From assembly GCA_014905635.1 (NCBI GenBank), contig CM026547.1, forward strand, positions 1,364,001 through 1,428,000: a stretch of DNA of 64,000 bases, given 5' to 3'. Below the pieces are notes generated by a model that made no database searches, was not told the origin of the DNA, and worked only from the letters and a program-made list of their open reading frames with translations. Position 1 is the first letter of the stretch. Every line of letters starts with the position of its first letter. This DNA comes from Scenedesmus sp. PABB004 (Eukaryota). This document shows positions 25,001 through 38,200 of this stretch, piece by piece. The position numbers were made by a program, and so were the translations under genes.

Positions 25001-27306
25001 CCGCGGGCGCGCCCCTCCTGAGGCGGGACGCGGTGCCCGCGCGCGCCGCCGGCAGGGTGCCGATGGCCAAGGTCACCGCGGGCAACCTGGTGCTGGTGGA
25101 GGGCTGGAGCCGCTGGTGAGCAAGACGGCGACGGTCGTGGGGCGGCACCTCGACGAGGACGCGTACGTCTTCAGGCCCCTCGCCTTCCAGACGCGCAGGT
25201 GCGGCGCGCCGGGCAGCCCGCGCGTGCCCGCGGCCGCGGCCGCCCCCGCGCGCCGCCCCTGCCGCCGTGCGGCCGCCCTGCGTGGCGCCGCGCCGCAGCG
25301 CCCGACCGCCGCCGTGCCGCCGTGCCGCCGCCGCCGCCGGTGTGCGCGCAGCGTGATGAAGATCGCGACCGAGCCGCTGCAGCCGAGCGAGCTGCCCAAG
25401 ATGGTCGAGGGGCTGCGCAAGATCAACAAGAGGTGACCGCCGCGCACCGCCCCGCCCCGCCCCGCCCGCCGCGCCGCGCCCCGCCCTGCCCCGCCCGCCG
25501 CGCGGCACCGCGGCGCACGCCGCCGCCGCGCCCCGCCGCCCGCGCGCCTCCGTCACCCCCGCCACCCCCGCCGCCGCCGCCGCCGCGCCGGCGCAGCTAC
25601 CCGCTCGCGGTGACGCGCGTGGAGGAGAGCGGCGAGCACACGCTGCTGGGCACGGGCGAGCTGTACCTGGACAGCATCATGAAGGACCTGCGGGAGATGT
25701 ACGCGGGTGAGTGGCTGGCAGGTCCCCCTCCCGCACACTCGCTGCACGGCTGCGGCGCCACCACGGCGCAGCCCGCGCGCTGAGCCCGCACACCCCGAGC
25801 GCGCTCTCTCTCCCTCGCGCGCCTCGCCTCGTCTCCGCCCGCACGCTCACGCGCTGCCGCGTTTGGTGTGCGCCGCGCGCGCCAGACATCGAGGTCAAGG
25901 TCGCCGACCCGGTCGTCGCGTTCTGCGAGACCGTGGTCGAGACGAGCAGCCTCAAGTGCTTTGCGGAGACGCCCAACCGCAAGAACAAGCTCACCATGAT
26001 CGCCGAGCCGCTCGACAAGGGCCTCGCGGAGGACATCGAGGGCGGCAAGATCAGGCACGGCGCAGCGCAGAGCAGCGCGGCGCGGAGCAGGGCAAAGCGC
26101 CTGGCGGAGCGCGCGCGCGTCGCCCACGCCCGCGCCGCGCGCGCCGCGCCCCACGCCCGCGCCGCGCGCCCCGCACTCGCGCGCCGCCGCCGCCGCCGCC
26201 CGTGCGCGCAGCATCACGTGGCCGGCGCGCAAGCTGGGGTCGTACCTGGTGGACAACTACGAGTGGGACCCGCTCGCGGCGCGCAGCGTGTGGGCGTTTG
26301 GGCCTGCCGTGGACGGGCCCAACGTGCTGCTCGACGACACGCTCGCGGGCGAGGTGGACAAGGGACTGCTGGGGGCGGTGCGCGACAGCATCGTGCAGGT
26401 GCGGCGGCGGCGCCGCGGCGGCGCGTGGCGCGCGGCGGCGGCGCGGGGAGGCCTGCGAGTCGGCCGCGCGACCGACGCGCTGCGCGCCGCGCGCCCCGCG
26501 CCGCGCGCGCGCGCGCGCCCCCGCAGGGCTTCCAGTGGGGCAGCCGTGAGGGCCCGCTGTGCGACGAGCCCATCCGCAACGTCAAGTTCAAGATCACCGA
26601 CGCGCTCATCGCGGACGAGCCGCTGCACCGCGGCGGCGGCCAGGCGCGCGCCGCGCGCGCCGCCGCCCGCGCCGCCGGCGCGCCCGCCCGCGCCCTCCCC
26701 GCCCTCGCCCGCCCGCCGACGCCCTCCCTCGCCCACCCGCCGACGCCCCGCCGCCCTCCTCCCTGCCCGCTCCGCGCCTGTCCCGTCGCCCCGCCGGCGC
26801 AGGTCATCCCGACCGCGCGGCGCGTGTGCTACAGCGCGTTCCTCATGGCCACGCCGCGCCTGATGGAGCCGATGTACTACGTGGAGATCGCGACGCCCGC
26901 CGACTGCATCGCCGCGATCTACAACGTCCTCGCCAAGCGCCGCGGCCACGTGACCAAGGACCTCCCGCGCCCGGGCACGCCCATCTTCACCGTGCGCGCG
27001 TACCTGCCGGTCGTGGAGTCGTTCGGCTTCGAGACCGACCTGCGCTACCACACGCAGGGCCAGGCGTTCTGCCAGAGCCTGTTCGACCACTGGGCCGTCG
27101 TGCCGGGCGACCCGCTCGACCGCAGCGTCGTGCTGCGGCCGCTCGAGCCCGCGCCGATCGCGGGGCTCGCGCGCGAGTTCTGCGTCAAGACGCGGCGGCG
27201 CAAGGGCATGGCCGAGGACGTGAGCGTCGCCAAGTTCTTCGACGACCCCATGCTGCTCGAGCTGGCCAAGGCCGACACGGAGCTGCAGGCGCAGATGGCG
27301 TTCTGA
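22053..27306 (+). CDS. SNU114: U5 snRNP GTPase SNU114/EFTUD2 (one apparent frameshift near 25102)
   Basis: [89 protein letters not shown] and [20 protein letters not shown]. Fourteen introns traced. Confidence 0.97.
24052..24126 (+). repeat. (GCCCGC)n hexamer microsatellite in a SNU114 intron
   Basis: About 12 visible, near-perfect tandem hexamer units. Confidence 0.85.
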
Positions 27307-27674
27307 GCCGCGCGCCGGCGGCGCGGCGGCGCGGGCGCGGGCGCGGGCATTCGGGGCGGGGCGTGCGGGGCGGGGCGGGCGGGTGGCGGGGCGGGCCCGG
27401 ACCGCGGCGGGCTGGCTGCACGCCGGCCCGCGGCCAGGTAACTCAGCCGCTCGCGCACGGCGCGGCGCGGCGCGCGAAAAGCTGGTCCACCCGCGCAGCT
27501 GCCGCCGCGACCGCGCCGCCGCCTGCAAGGCTGCCCAGCTGCGGCGAGAGCTCTTGCAGTGCGCGCCAGTCTGTGACCCGCCTCGCAGCAGCCCGGACCG
27601 AGCGGCGGAGCGGCGGCGCGGCGCGGCGGCGCGGCGCAGCGGCGCGGCGCGCTGTCTGTCGCGCCAGCTCGACA

Positions 27675-29187
27675 ATGGCCGACAGCATGTTCGGCACGTT
27701 CTCCGAGCCCGGCTCGCTGGCTGTGGGAGACCCGCACCAGCAGCGGAAGGGTGCGGCGGCGCGGCGCGCGCCCCGCTGCTGCGCAGCGCGGGCTCCGCCG
27801 GGGCCGCCGGGAGCTCGGCCCCGGCGGTGCTGAGCTGCCAGGGGCCCGGCCAGCGCCGCGGCGGCGGCGGCCGCCGGCGACGACCACGCCGCCAGCGCGC
27901 GCTCTGCTCCCGCCGCGCAGAGGCGGTCGGCCGGTTCACCGGCAAGCAGTTTTCGGTCGTCGCGCCGCGGTCGGGCCGCGCGCCCGACGCGTACATCGAC
28001 AAGCAGGTGCGGAGCAATGCGCTGGGCGACCGATACGTGGACGCCTGGATCCTGGACAAGCGCCTCAGCCGCGCCGCCCTTCGGGGCCAGCCGGTCAGCT
28101 CTCAGCCCTTCTTCCGCCGCGTCGGCGGCGCCGGCAGCGTGAGGTGCGGCGGCACCCTCGGGCAGGCGGCGGTGGGCGCGCGCGGCGCAGGCCACGCGCG
28201 GCTGCCCTGCGCGCGCCGCGCCGCGCGCGCGCTGACGCCGCCCCTGCGCGCCGCAGCTGCGGCCCCGGCAGCGGCGACGGCTGCCTCGCGCGGCCGGCGC
28301 TCGACACCGACGGCTCCGCGGCGGCGGCGCGCAGCGCGCACCCGCGCCGGCCCGCCGACGGCCGACGCAACATCTACACAGCGGGCCCCAAGACCGGCGG
28401 CCCGGGGCGCCCCTGGCGCGACATGACCCTCGGCGAGCCGCCCACGCACTATGCGGACGGCTACGAGGGCGGCCGCGCGCGCGAGCGGGTGCGGCGCGCG
28501 CGCCTGCGCGCGCGTGGGGCCGCCGCCACCCCTGCAGGCCGCCGCCGCGCGCATCCGCCGAGCCCAGCTCGCCCGCGCCGCGCCACGCAGGAGCTGCGCG
28601 TCGCGGAGAAGGCGGCGCTGCCGGGGCGGGCCTTTGTGTCGGCCGCCAGCCCGGCGCGGGCCTTTGCGCCCGACGCTCAGATCTACAGCCGCCCGCCGCC
28701 CCAGGGTGCGCGGCAGAGGCCCTCCTCCCGGGGCGCGCGCCAGCCGCCCCACCGCCCCACCCGCGCGCCCCGCCCCGCCCTGCAGGCGGCAGCGGCGGCA
28801 CGGCAGGGGGCCGGCGCGCCGCGAGCGCGCCGCGGGAGCGCGCCGGGCCGGCGCCGTGGCGGCCGAGCAGCCCGCCCAAGCGCGGCGCGCCAACCTGCGC
28901 GCCCTATGCCTACGTGCCCGACCCCGTGCGCGAGGCCAAGGTGCGGAGCGCAGCCGCTGCCCCGTGGGGGCGCGGGCGCAGAGCTGCGCAGCCACGCTGA
29001 GCGCTAATGCTGCGCGCGCGGCCGCCGCCGCCGGCGCCGCCCGCAGTTTCAGGCGGGGCGCGGCGGCGGCGCGGCCAGGCCGTTCCGGCCCGCGAGCGGC
29101 AGCAAGGCGCGGCTGAGCATGTGGGCGCCCAACCCCTACGCCACCGACCCGCGGCCGCCGCCCGACATCGACTTCACGATCTGCTGA
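27675..29187 (+). CDS. CFAP96/C4orf47 (UPF0602)-like ciliary protein
   Basis: [20 protein letters not shown]...FTGKQF...YIDK...SCGPGS...[15 protein letters not shown]...TLG...HYADGYE follows the motif order I recall for the C4orf47/CFAP96 family. No search was run. Confidence 0.6.
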
Positions 29188-29530
29188 CGCGCGTGCACGG
29201 CTGCGCGCGGCACGGCGGCGCAGCCGGCGGGCTGGCTGCGCCGCGAGCGCGGCGTGCGGCGTGGCGCGCTGGCGCGGGCCACGGGAGCGTGCTGGCGCGC
29301 GGCGCGGGCGGCGGCGACGCAGATTGTTAAGCCTCGCCCAGCCTCGCGCGCCCCCCACCGGCCCCCGCCCCCCCCCCCCCCCCCCGCCCCTACTACGCTG
29401 TCGCTGCCGCGCTGCAGCACCGCCGCGGCCGCCGCCGCCGCCGCGGCCGCCGCGGCCCCTGCGCGCGCGCGCCCGCCGCGCCGCCGCCGGCCGCCGCGCG
29501 CCGCCGCGCTGTGTGCGGTCTGTGTGTTGT

Positions 29531-31296
29531 TCAGTTGACCACGTCGACGACGACCTTCCTGCTCTTGAGCACGCTCCAGCGCAGGCGCTTCTGGTAGAGG
29601 GCGAAGCCCCACATGATGCCGATGATGGTCAGCGCCTTGACGCCCATGAGCTTGCGCTCGTCCTGCTCGGGGCTGGCCGCCCACGCGAGGAAGGTCGTCA
29701 CGTCCTTGGCCTGCTGGCTGCTGTTGCTCGGCGTGCCGTCGTCGTACTCGACGCCGCCGTCGGCGAGCATGCGCGGCATCGCGATCGCGCCGCCGGGGAA
29801 GTAGGGGTTGTAATAGAGGCCCTCGCGCACCTGGGGGTGTGGGGAGTGGCCGGGCGGGTGTGGCGGGTGTGGGTAGTTGAGGGGTGGGTGAGGGGGCAGG
29901 GCAGGCGCGCCCTGCCGCGGAGCGCCGCCCGCCGCCCGGCTGCCCCGCCGCGGCGGCGCGGGCGCGGGGCACACGCACGCTGACGCCCGCGGGCGGCTCC
30001 TTGTAGCCCAGGAGGAGGGAGAAGAGGTAGTTCTGGCCGTCCGGCCGCGCGTTGGTGATGAGGGAGAGGTCGGGCGGGTAGGCGCCGCCGTTGGCGTAGC
30101 GCGCGGCCTGCTCGTTCGCGTACGGCGCGGGCAGCGGGTCGCTGAGGCGGCCGGGGCGCTCAAACATCTCGCCCTCGTCGTTGGGGCCGTCCACGACCTG
30201 TGCGGCCGCACGCAAGGGGGTCGGGACGGGGCGGGTGTGCGTGGGGTGGGTGGGTGGGCGGCGGGTGGGGGGCGTGCGGGCGGAGGCGGCGCGCGCGCGG
30301 GCACAGCAGGCGGCGGGCGCGGGCGCGCGGGCGCGCGGGCGCGCGGGCGCGCGGCGCGGCGGTGCGCGGACCTCGATGTCCGCGGCCATGGCCTTGGCCT
30401 CCTCCTCGGTGTAGCACACGCCCACGAGGTCGCGGTAGTGGATGTACTCCATGCTGTGGCACGCGGCGCACACCTGCGCGCCGCGCCCAGCCGCCGCGCG
30501 CGCCGCGTCACGGCGGCGCCGCACGCCCGCCGGCGCGGGCGCCCCGCCCGCCGCGCGCGGCCGCGTGCTGGCGCCGGCGCGGGCGGCCGGCGCGCCGCCT
30601 CGCGGCCGCGCGAGCGCATGCGCGCGTGGTCTCGTGGTCTCGCCGCACCTGCTGATAGACCTGGAAGCCGCGCCGGATGGCGGCGTGGTCGTAGCTGTCC
30701 AGCATGCCCTCGTGGCTCCACGGCCACGCCGGCGCGTGCAGGCCGTGCTCGCCCTCGTGGTCGGCGCTCGCGACCCACGTGCAGCCTGCGCGGCGCGGCG
30801 CGCCCACGGCGTGACGCCGGCGCGGCTCCGAGCGCCGGCGCGCGCGGCCCGCCGCCGCTGCCGCGCGCCCGCCGCCGTGCCGCGCCGCAGCGCGCGCCGC
30901 GGCCGCACCCGACAGGCCCGCGATGGTCCCCGCGGCGCCCGCCAGCCACGAGCCGCGGCTGGAGCTGCCCTCCGCGGCGGCTGCGGTGGCGATGGCCTGC
31001 GGCGGCGGCGGCGGCGGCGCCGAAAGCTCGCACCAATCAGCAGCAGGCCTGCTCCCGCCCCCCGCGCCGCCCGCGCGCCGGCCGGCCGGGCGCCGCGCCC
31101 CGCGCAAAGATCGAGCGCGCACGGGCCATGGCGCGCCACTGCAGGCGCGCCCGCGCGGCGCACGGGCGTCGCGGGGCGGGGCGAGATCGACCTCCGCGCC
31201 CCCACGCACCCGGCCGCCGCTGCCTGCCCGCGCGCCCTGGGCGCCGCTCGCCACGCCGGCGCGCAGCGCCCGCAGCAGCGCGCCGCGGGCGGACAT
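29531..31296 (-). CDS. CYC1: Mitochondrial cytochrome c1
   Basis: Presequence [33 protein letters not shown] (CxxCH heme motif), [26 protein letters not shown] and a C-terminal TM helix. Five introns. Confidence 0.97.
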
Positions 31297-32211
31297 GCTG
31301 CTCCCTGCTGCTGCTCGCCCGGGTGGGCGCCGGCGTGCCGCCAAACGGGGCGCAGCGGGGGCCGTCTGGGTCGGGAGGTGTGCGGAGGGGGCGCGCGGGG
31401 GGCAATTCTGCGCGCGCGCGTTGCGGGCCGCCGCTCGCTGAGCCCCGGACGCGGACGCGGGCGGCGACGGGAGGCCGCGGCGGTGGTGGCGGTGGCTTCA
31501 GCACGCCCAACAGCAGGACCAGCAGCAGCAGCAGCAGCAGCAGCTCCACCGGCAGCGACGCCGGCAGCGACGCCGGCGGCGGCGGCAGCGGCGGCGCGCG
31601 CCGCCGCGTGCGGGCCCGCCGCGGCCGCGCGGGCGTCGCCGCAGCGCTGGCAGCGCCGTCCCCGAGCCGCGCCCGGGCCCGTGGATCAGCGGGCGTGTGA
31701 TCGGGCGCACACGCACTTCGCCGCCGCCGCGTCTGCGCAGGCGAAACCGCCGCTGCTCCTGCTCGCCCCCGCGCCGCGGCTTCCGGAACGCGCGCGGCGC
31801 GGAGCGCGCGATCGGCGACGCGCCGCGACGCACGCACCACACACGCGCCTCACAGGCTGCCCATCGCGGCGCGCGCCGGCTTGGGCTGCCAGCGGCGCGC
31901 GCGCCCCAGTCGCCCGATCGACCGGCTGTGCATCGCGGGAGGCTCTCGCCGGGCGCGGGTGACCGCTGCGTGCCTCCGACCGTGCACGATCTGGTGCCCA
32001 AGCGCCGCGCACCGGATTGTGCAGACGGTCGCCGCGTGCCGCCCTGAACCGCGTGCCGCCCTGAACCGCCGAGCAGCCCCGACGCGCGTCGTCGCCCGCC
32101 CGGGGGGCGGTACTCTGGATCGACGACGACACGCGAGCGCCCCGTGCGGGCTTCTTCGTCGCCGCCGCGGAGGGCGGCCGCGGACACTGCCCGACCCCGC
32201 GCGCGCAGGCC

Positions 32212-34533
32212 ATGAAGTGGCCGGGGCTCGGCGCGTGGGGTCCCTGGCAGACGGTTGCAGGCGGCGGGTGGCGGCGCGCGCCGCTGGCGCCTCGCAGGCG
32301 CACCGTGCTTGACGCGGCCTCCTCGGGCGACCTCGCATGGCTGAAGCAGCAGATCGAGGACGACCCCAAGCTCATAGGCAGCGTCACCCTGGTCAAGCGG
32401 CGCGGCGTGCTGCACCTGGCGGCCAAGCAGGGCCACTGGCACGTCATCGAGGCCGTCCTCCAGCCCCTCATCGAGGCCGTGCGCACCGAATACTACGTGA
32501 GTCGCGCACCCCAGGGCCCCCGCCGGGCCCGCGAGGGCGCCCGCGGCCCGGCCGCGCGCCGCGGCGCGCCGCCCTACAACGCCTGTTGGGCGTGCTCGCG
32601 CGCCGCCGCGGCGCCGCGCGGCCGCGAATTGCCCGCCGCGCCGCTCCCCCGCACCGCAGGCTCACCAGGAGGCGCAGGCTGACGCTGCGGAGCAGCCGGG
32701 GGCCGCGGAGGAGCAGCAGCAGCAGCAGCAGCAGCAGCCTGGCGCCGCGGCGACGCAGCAACCGCCGGAGCCGGCGGCGGCGCCGCAGCCGCAGCCGCAG
32801 CAGCAGCAGCCGCCGCCGCCGCCGCAGCCGCAGCCGCAGCAGCAGCAGCCGCCGCCGCCGCCGCAGCAGCAGCAGCAGCAGCAGCCGCAGCCGCCCGCGC
32901 GGCAGCAGCAGGGCGCGACGGAGCTGCAGCTGCCGTCGTTCAAGCGGCTGCGGTCGACCGTCAACGCGCGCGACCTCTACCGCCGCACGCCGCTCATCGT
33001 CGCGGCCAAGCAGGGCCACCTCGAGTGCACGCAGCTGCTCGTCGAGGCGGCGTCAAACCTCTTCGCCGTGGACCGCGAGGGCAACACGTGCGCGCGCCGC
33101 GCCGCGCCGCGCCGCGCCCGGCTTGTTCCCGCCACGGCCGGCCCCCGCCGCAACGCGCACCCCGCGCGCCGCGCAGGAGCCTGCACTATGCCGCGCTGCA
33201 CGGGCACGGCGAGGTCGTGGAGTACCTGCTGCGCAAGGCGTCCGACCGCAACCTGGCGACGCGGTTTGTGAACAAGCGCAACCTGAGCGGCTTCACCCCG
33301 CTCCACTACGCGGTGTGGGGCTGCAACGAGGCGCTCGTGCAGGACCTGCTGCAGGCGGGCGCGGACGTGTCGGTGGCCAACGACCGCGTCTTTGACGCGT
33401 GGGTCACCGTGCCCGTCGGCAGCACGCCGCTGCACCTCGCGGTCGTGCGGCACTCCATGCCCATCGCGCTTGCGCTGCTGCAGGCGCACGTGAGCGCCGC
33501 CGCCGCCGCCGCCGCGGCCCGGCCGCCGCCGCCGCCGCCGCCGCTAGGGCGCCTGCCGACGCCCCGCCGCCGCCGGGCCTGGCCGCGCGCGCGCGCAGGT
33601 GGTGCAGGTGGTGAGCCGGCCTGCGGGCAGCCCGGCGCCGGCGGACCCCCGCACGGTGGCCAACCTGTACGGCATGAACCCCGCCCAGCTCGCGGCGCAC
33701 CGCGGCCTGCGCCAGATGTCGCGCGTGCTGCTGCCCTCGCTCTCGCTCGCGCGCGTGCTGGAGGCGTTTGAGCCCACCGACGCGGCGCGGTGCGCGCGCT
33801 GCGCGCGCGGGCGCGCGCGCCCCGCAGGGCGCGCCCCGCAGCGCGCCCCGCTGCAGCGCGCGCCGCTCGCCGCCGCTCACCGCCTGCGCGCGCCCGCAGG
33901 TCGTACGGCCCGCCCAGCCTGCGGGCGATTGCCGCGGCCGCGATGCAGGCGGAGCTCATGCGCCAGCTGGACGGCCTGGAGGCGGCGCAGCGCGCCGCGC
34001 AGGAGGCGGCGCTGGCCGACGGCCCGCGCGAGCGCCCGTGCGGCGCGTGCGCGCGCGCGGCGGGCGGCGTCGTGTGCGTCGACGCGCGGCAGGCGAGCAC
34101 CGACGACGACGCGTCCGAGGCGGAGTCGCCGTCCGAGCCGCCCTCGCCGTGCAGCCTGTCGGCGTCGTCGGACGCGTCGGGCCGCGCGTCGCTCGCGGGC
34201 GCGTGCGCACGCGGCGGCTGCTCGTGCGGCCGCGCCGCGAGCGCGGGGCTCGCGCGCGCCGCGAGCAGCGGGTGGTACGAGGAGTCGTGCTGCGTGTGCT
34301 GGGAGGAGGACGTGGCGGTCGCGATCGCGCCCTGCTGCCACGCGCTCTGCGTCGCGTGCGCGCGGCAGCTCGTCGCGAGCGCCGCGCGCACCGGCGCGAC
34401 GTGCCCGCTCTGCCGCCGCTACATCGCGGCGTTCGGGCTGCTCCCGCACGGCACGAGCAAGGCCGCGCGCGCGCGCTCGCTGGCGTCGACGCCGCCGGCG
34501 GCGGCGGCGGCGCCCGAGCTCGCCGCCGCGTGA
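32212..34533 (+). CDS. Ankyrin-repeat RING-finger E3 ligase (XBAT-like)
   Basis: Ankyrin motifs GVLHLAAKQGH, RTPLIVAAKQGH, FTPLHYAVWG and STPLHLAV. C3HC4 RING CCVCWEE...PCCHALCVAC...CPLCR. Poly-Gln/Pro insert. Confidence 0.85.
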
Positions 34534-34536
34534 CCG

Positions 34537-34585
34537 CGGCGCGGCGCGGCGCGGCGCGGCGCGGCGCGGCGCGGCGCGGCGCGGC
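34537..34585 (+). repeat. (GCGGC)n pentamer microsatellite just after the ankyrin-RING stop codon
   Basis: About 10 perfect units visible. Confidence 0.85.
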
Positions 34586-35200
34586 ACAGCGCACGCCGCC
34601 ACTGCGGGCTCGGGGCGGGGGTGCTGGTGCTGCGAGCTTGTCTGGTTGCCATGTGCTTGCGTTGAAGCATCTGCGACATCTAGCACCGCCGGCGATTGCA
34701 GTTTTCAGTCGCGACGATTGCGGCGACGGGAGGTGTACAGCGTTTGTGTGTGCCAACAGCTGGGATGTGCGTCAGGGGGTGCCTGCTGGGGGGCGCTGTT
34801 GACGCGTGCTGTGCTGCGGAGAAGAGCTGCTGCTGCGCCGCTCGTGCGGCGGCGTGAGTGTCGAGCGACGACGACGTGCAACGACGTGCAAGCGAGCCTG
34901 GAACCCCGGGCCCGAGCCGCGGCGCAGGCGGCGCAGCGGCGGCGGGGCGGCGGCCCCGCCCGGCCGTCTGCTCTTCTCCCCACGTCCCGCAGCGTCCCCC
35001 GCACTCACACAGCGCTCAGACGGCCGCACCCAGCAGCCGCGTCGCCCGCCTGCGGCCCGCCCGCACGCCCGCCACCCCGCCGCGTCGCGTGCCCGCCCCC
35101 GCGCGCGCTCCCGCCGCGTCGGTCGCGTGCGTCGTCGCCGAGCGGCCCGCCGCGACCGTCCGCGCGCCGCGAAGGCGCAGCAGGGAGCGGCCGCGCCGCG

Positions 35201-38200
35201 ATGGCGGCCCCCGCCGGCCCCGGCGCGGCGGTGTTCCACCCGCAGCAGACGCAGGGCTACGTGTGAGTGCGGCCGCTCGCCGCCGCGCGGCCGGCGGGGG
35301 CACCCGCGGCGCCGCGCGCGCGGCGGCGGCGGCCCGACGGTCGCTGCTGCTGCGAGCCGCGCGCCGCGGCTGCCCATGCACGCGCGGCGGCGGCGCGCCG
35401 CGTGCCGGACCCGCCCTCGCGTCGCGCCCGGGCAGGCGCCCGGGCGCGCCCGCAGCAGGGCCGCGCGCTCACGCCGTCCGCCGCTGCTGGGCCGCGCCCC
35501 GCGCGCAGGCTGTGCTGCCTCTGCGGCACCAACATCCTGCCCAACCCCTCCAACATGTGCGTCAACTGCATCCGCTCGCAAGTGGACATCACGGAGGGCA
35601 TCCAGAAGCAGGCGCGCGGCGCGCGGGTGTGGGGAACAGTGCGGCAGCGACGCGCCCGGCGCCGCAGCGCCCGAGCGGACGCCGCGCCGCGCCGCCGCAG
35701 GTGACCATCCTGTGGTGCAAGGAGTGCGGGCGCTACCTGCAGCCGCCCAAGCACTGGGTCAAGGCGGAGCCGGAGAGCAAGGAGCTGCTCACGTTTTGCA
35801 CCAAGCGCATCCGCGGCCTGGCGGTGCGGCGCGGGGGGGGGGGGGGGGCCGGGCGCAGGGCGCGGCGCGGCGGCAGCGCCGCGGCAGCAGCGCCGGGGGC
35901 GTGATGACATGTATTAGAATACGCAACAAAAGGCTGACACTCACTGATGCATCAACTATTGGAGCTGTCTGACCCCCGGGGCTGTCCCCGCCGCCGCGCC
36001 CGCCCGCGCGCGCCGGCCGCCGCTGACGCGCCGCCGCTTCTGCTGTGCTGCGCCGCGGCGCCGCGGCGCGCAGAAGGTGAAGCTGGTCGACGCGGGCTTC
36101 ATCTGGACCGAGCCGCACTCCAAGCGCCTCAAGGTCAAGCTCACCATCCAGGCGGAGGTCATGAACGGCACCATCCTGCAGCAGGGCTTTGTGGTCGAGT
36201 TCATCGTGGAGAACCACATGTGCATGGAGTGCAACCGCGCCAACGCCAACCCCAACTCGTGGACCGCGTGCGTGCAGGTGCGGCCGGCGCGGCGCCCGCC
36301 CGCACCCGCGCGCGCTGCGGCCGCGCCGCCGCCGCCGCGGCGCCCCGCGCCCCGCCGTCGACCGCCGTGCGCCGAACCGCCCCGCGCCGCGCGCCGTGAC
36401 CGCGCATGCCCCAGGTGCGGCAGCACGTGCCCCACAAGCGCACCTTCCTCTACCTCGAACAGCTCATCCTGCGAGCCGGCGCCGACGCGCAGTGCATCAA
36501 CAGTGCGCGCGCCCGCCGCCACCCGACGCGCCCCCAGCGCTCGCCGCCGCCGCCGCCGCCGCCGCCGCGCCCGCGCCCGCCCGCCTGCACGCCCACCCGC
36601 CCATGCTTGCCCGCCCGCCCGCGCGCGCGCCTGCGCAGTCCGCGACATCCACGAGGGCCTCGACTTTTTCTTCGCCAACCGCGCCCACGCGCTCAAGCTC
36701 ATAGACTTCCTCCAGGCACGCGCCCCGCGCCGCGCCGCCGCGTGCTGCGCGCCGCGGTCCGTTCCCCCGCGCCCGCGCGCGGCGGCAGCGGCGGCGGCCC
36801 ACCTCCCGCGCCGCCGCCGCGCCACGCGCGCGCGCGCGCCCGCGCAGGGCGTCGTGCCGGCGCGCTTCCGCGCGGACAAGCAGCTCGTGAGCCACGACAT
36901 CCACACCTCGACATACAACTACAAGTACACCTTCAGCGTGGAGATCGCGCCCGTCTGCAAGGCGCGGCGCTGCCCCGGCTGCGCCACGCTGCCCCGGCTG
37001 CGCCGCGCGCTCGCGCCGGCCGCGGCGCCCGCGCCCGCGCTCCCCGCGCCCGCGCGCCGACCCCGCCGCCGACCCTGCTTCCGCCCGCCCGCCCGCCGCC
37101 GCGCCGCCCCCGCCACGCAGGACGACCTCATATGCCTGCCGCCCAAGCTCGCGAGCAGCCTGGGCAGCCTCGGCCCGCTCGTGCTCTGCAGCCGCGTGAC
37201 CAACACGCTCACGCTGCTCGACCCCGCCAACCTGCGCGCCGCGCACATGGAGGCGCCCGTGTACTGGCGCGCGCCGTTTGGTGCGATGATGAGCGCGCGG
37301 CAGCTGGTCGAGTACGTGGTGCTGGACGTGGAGCCGCTGCAGGGCGCCGCGGCGGGCGGGTACGGCGCGTTTGCGTCGGGCGGCACGCGCTGGTGCCTCG
37401 CCGAGGCGACCGTCGCGCGCAAGAGCGACTTTGGGCGCAACGACACCGTCTTCTACACGCGCACGCACCTGGGACACATCCTGCACCCCGGTGCGCGCCC
37501 CCGCGGCCCCGCGCCGCGCCCCCGCGGCACTGCGCCGCGCCCCCGCGGCACCGCGCCGCGCGCCGCGCAACTCGCGCCCGCGCGCTGCGCCCGCGCGACG
37601 CCCGCGTGACGCCGCCGCGCGCCGCGGCGCCTGCGCCAGGCGACAGCGCGCTCGGGTACGACCTGGCCAACGCCAACCTCGTCAACATGGACTTTGAGGC
37701 CCACGTGGCGCGCAACGGCGCGGTGCCGGACGTCCTGCTCGTGCGCAAGAGCTACGAGGAGCGGCGCCGCAAGAGCCGCGGCCGCGCGGCGCGCGCGTGG
37801 AAGCTCAAGCACCTGCCCATCGAGGCCGGCGAGGACAGGCGCGCGGCGCGCGCGGGCGGGCCCGGCGGCCGGCCGCCAGTGCACGCGCGCGTCCCTGCCG
37901 CGCCTGCCGCCTCTCCCCCCGCACCTCGCCTCACACCCGCGCCGCGCTGCGCCGCTGCGTGTGCGTCAGGGGGCGCAACGAGGCGGCGGAGGCGGCCGAC
38001 CGCGAGCGCTTCATGGAGGAGCTGGAGGAGGACGCAGAGATGCGCGCGCGCGTGGCGCTCTACAAGGCCCCCGGCGCCGGCGCGCCCGCGGCGCCGGCGG
38101 GCATGGACGACGGCGAGACCGACGACGGCGAGGGCGAGCTGCCGCAGGTGCCGCTGGAGGAGCTGCTGGACGACCTGGAGGCGCTGGGGCTGGACGACGA

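Noticed and set aside
31400..32200. Ser/Gly-rich ORF upstream of the ankyrin-RING gene
   Set aside because: No ATG-initiated frame or domain. Probably 5' UTR or divergent promoter, though an upstream exon cannot be excluded.
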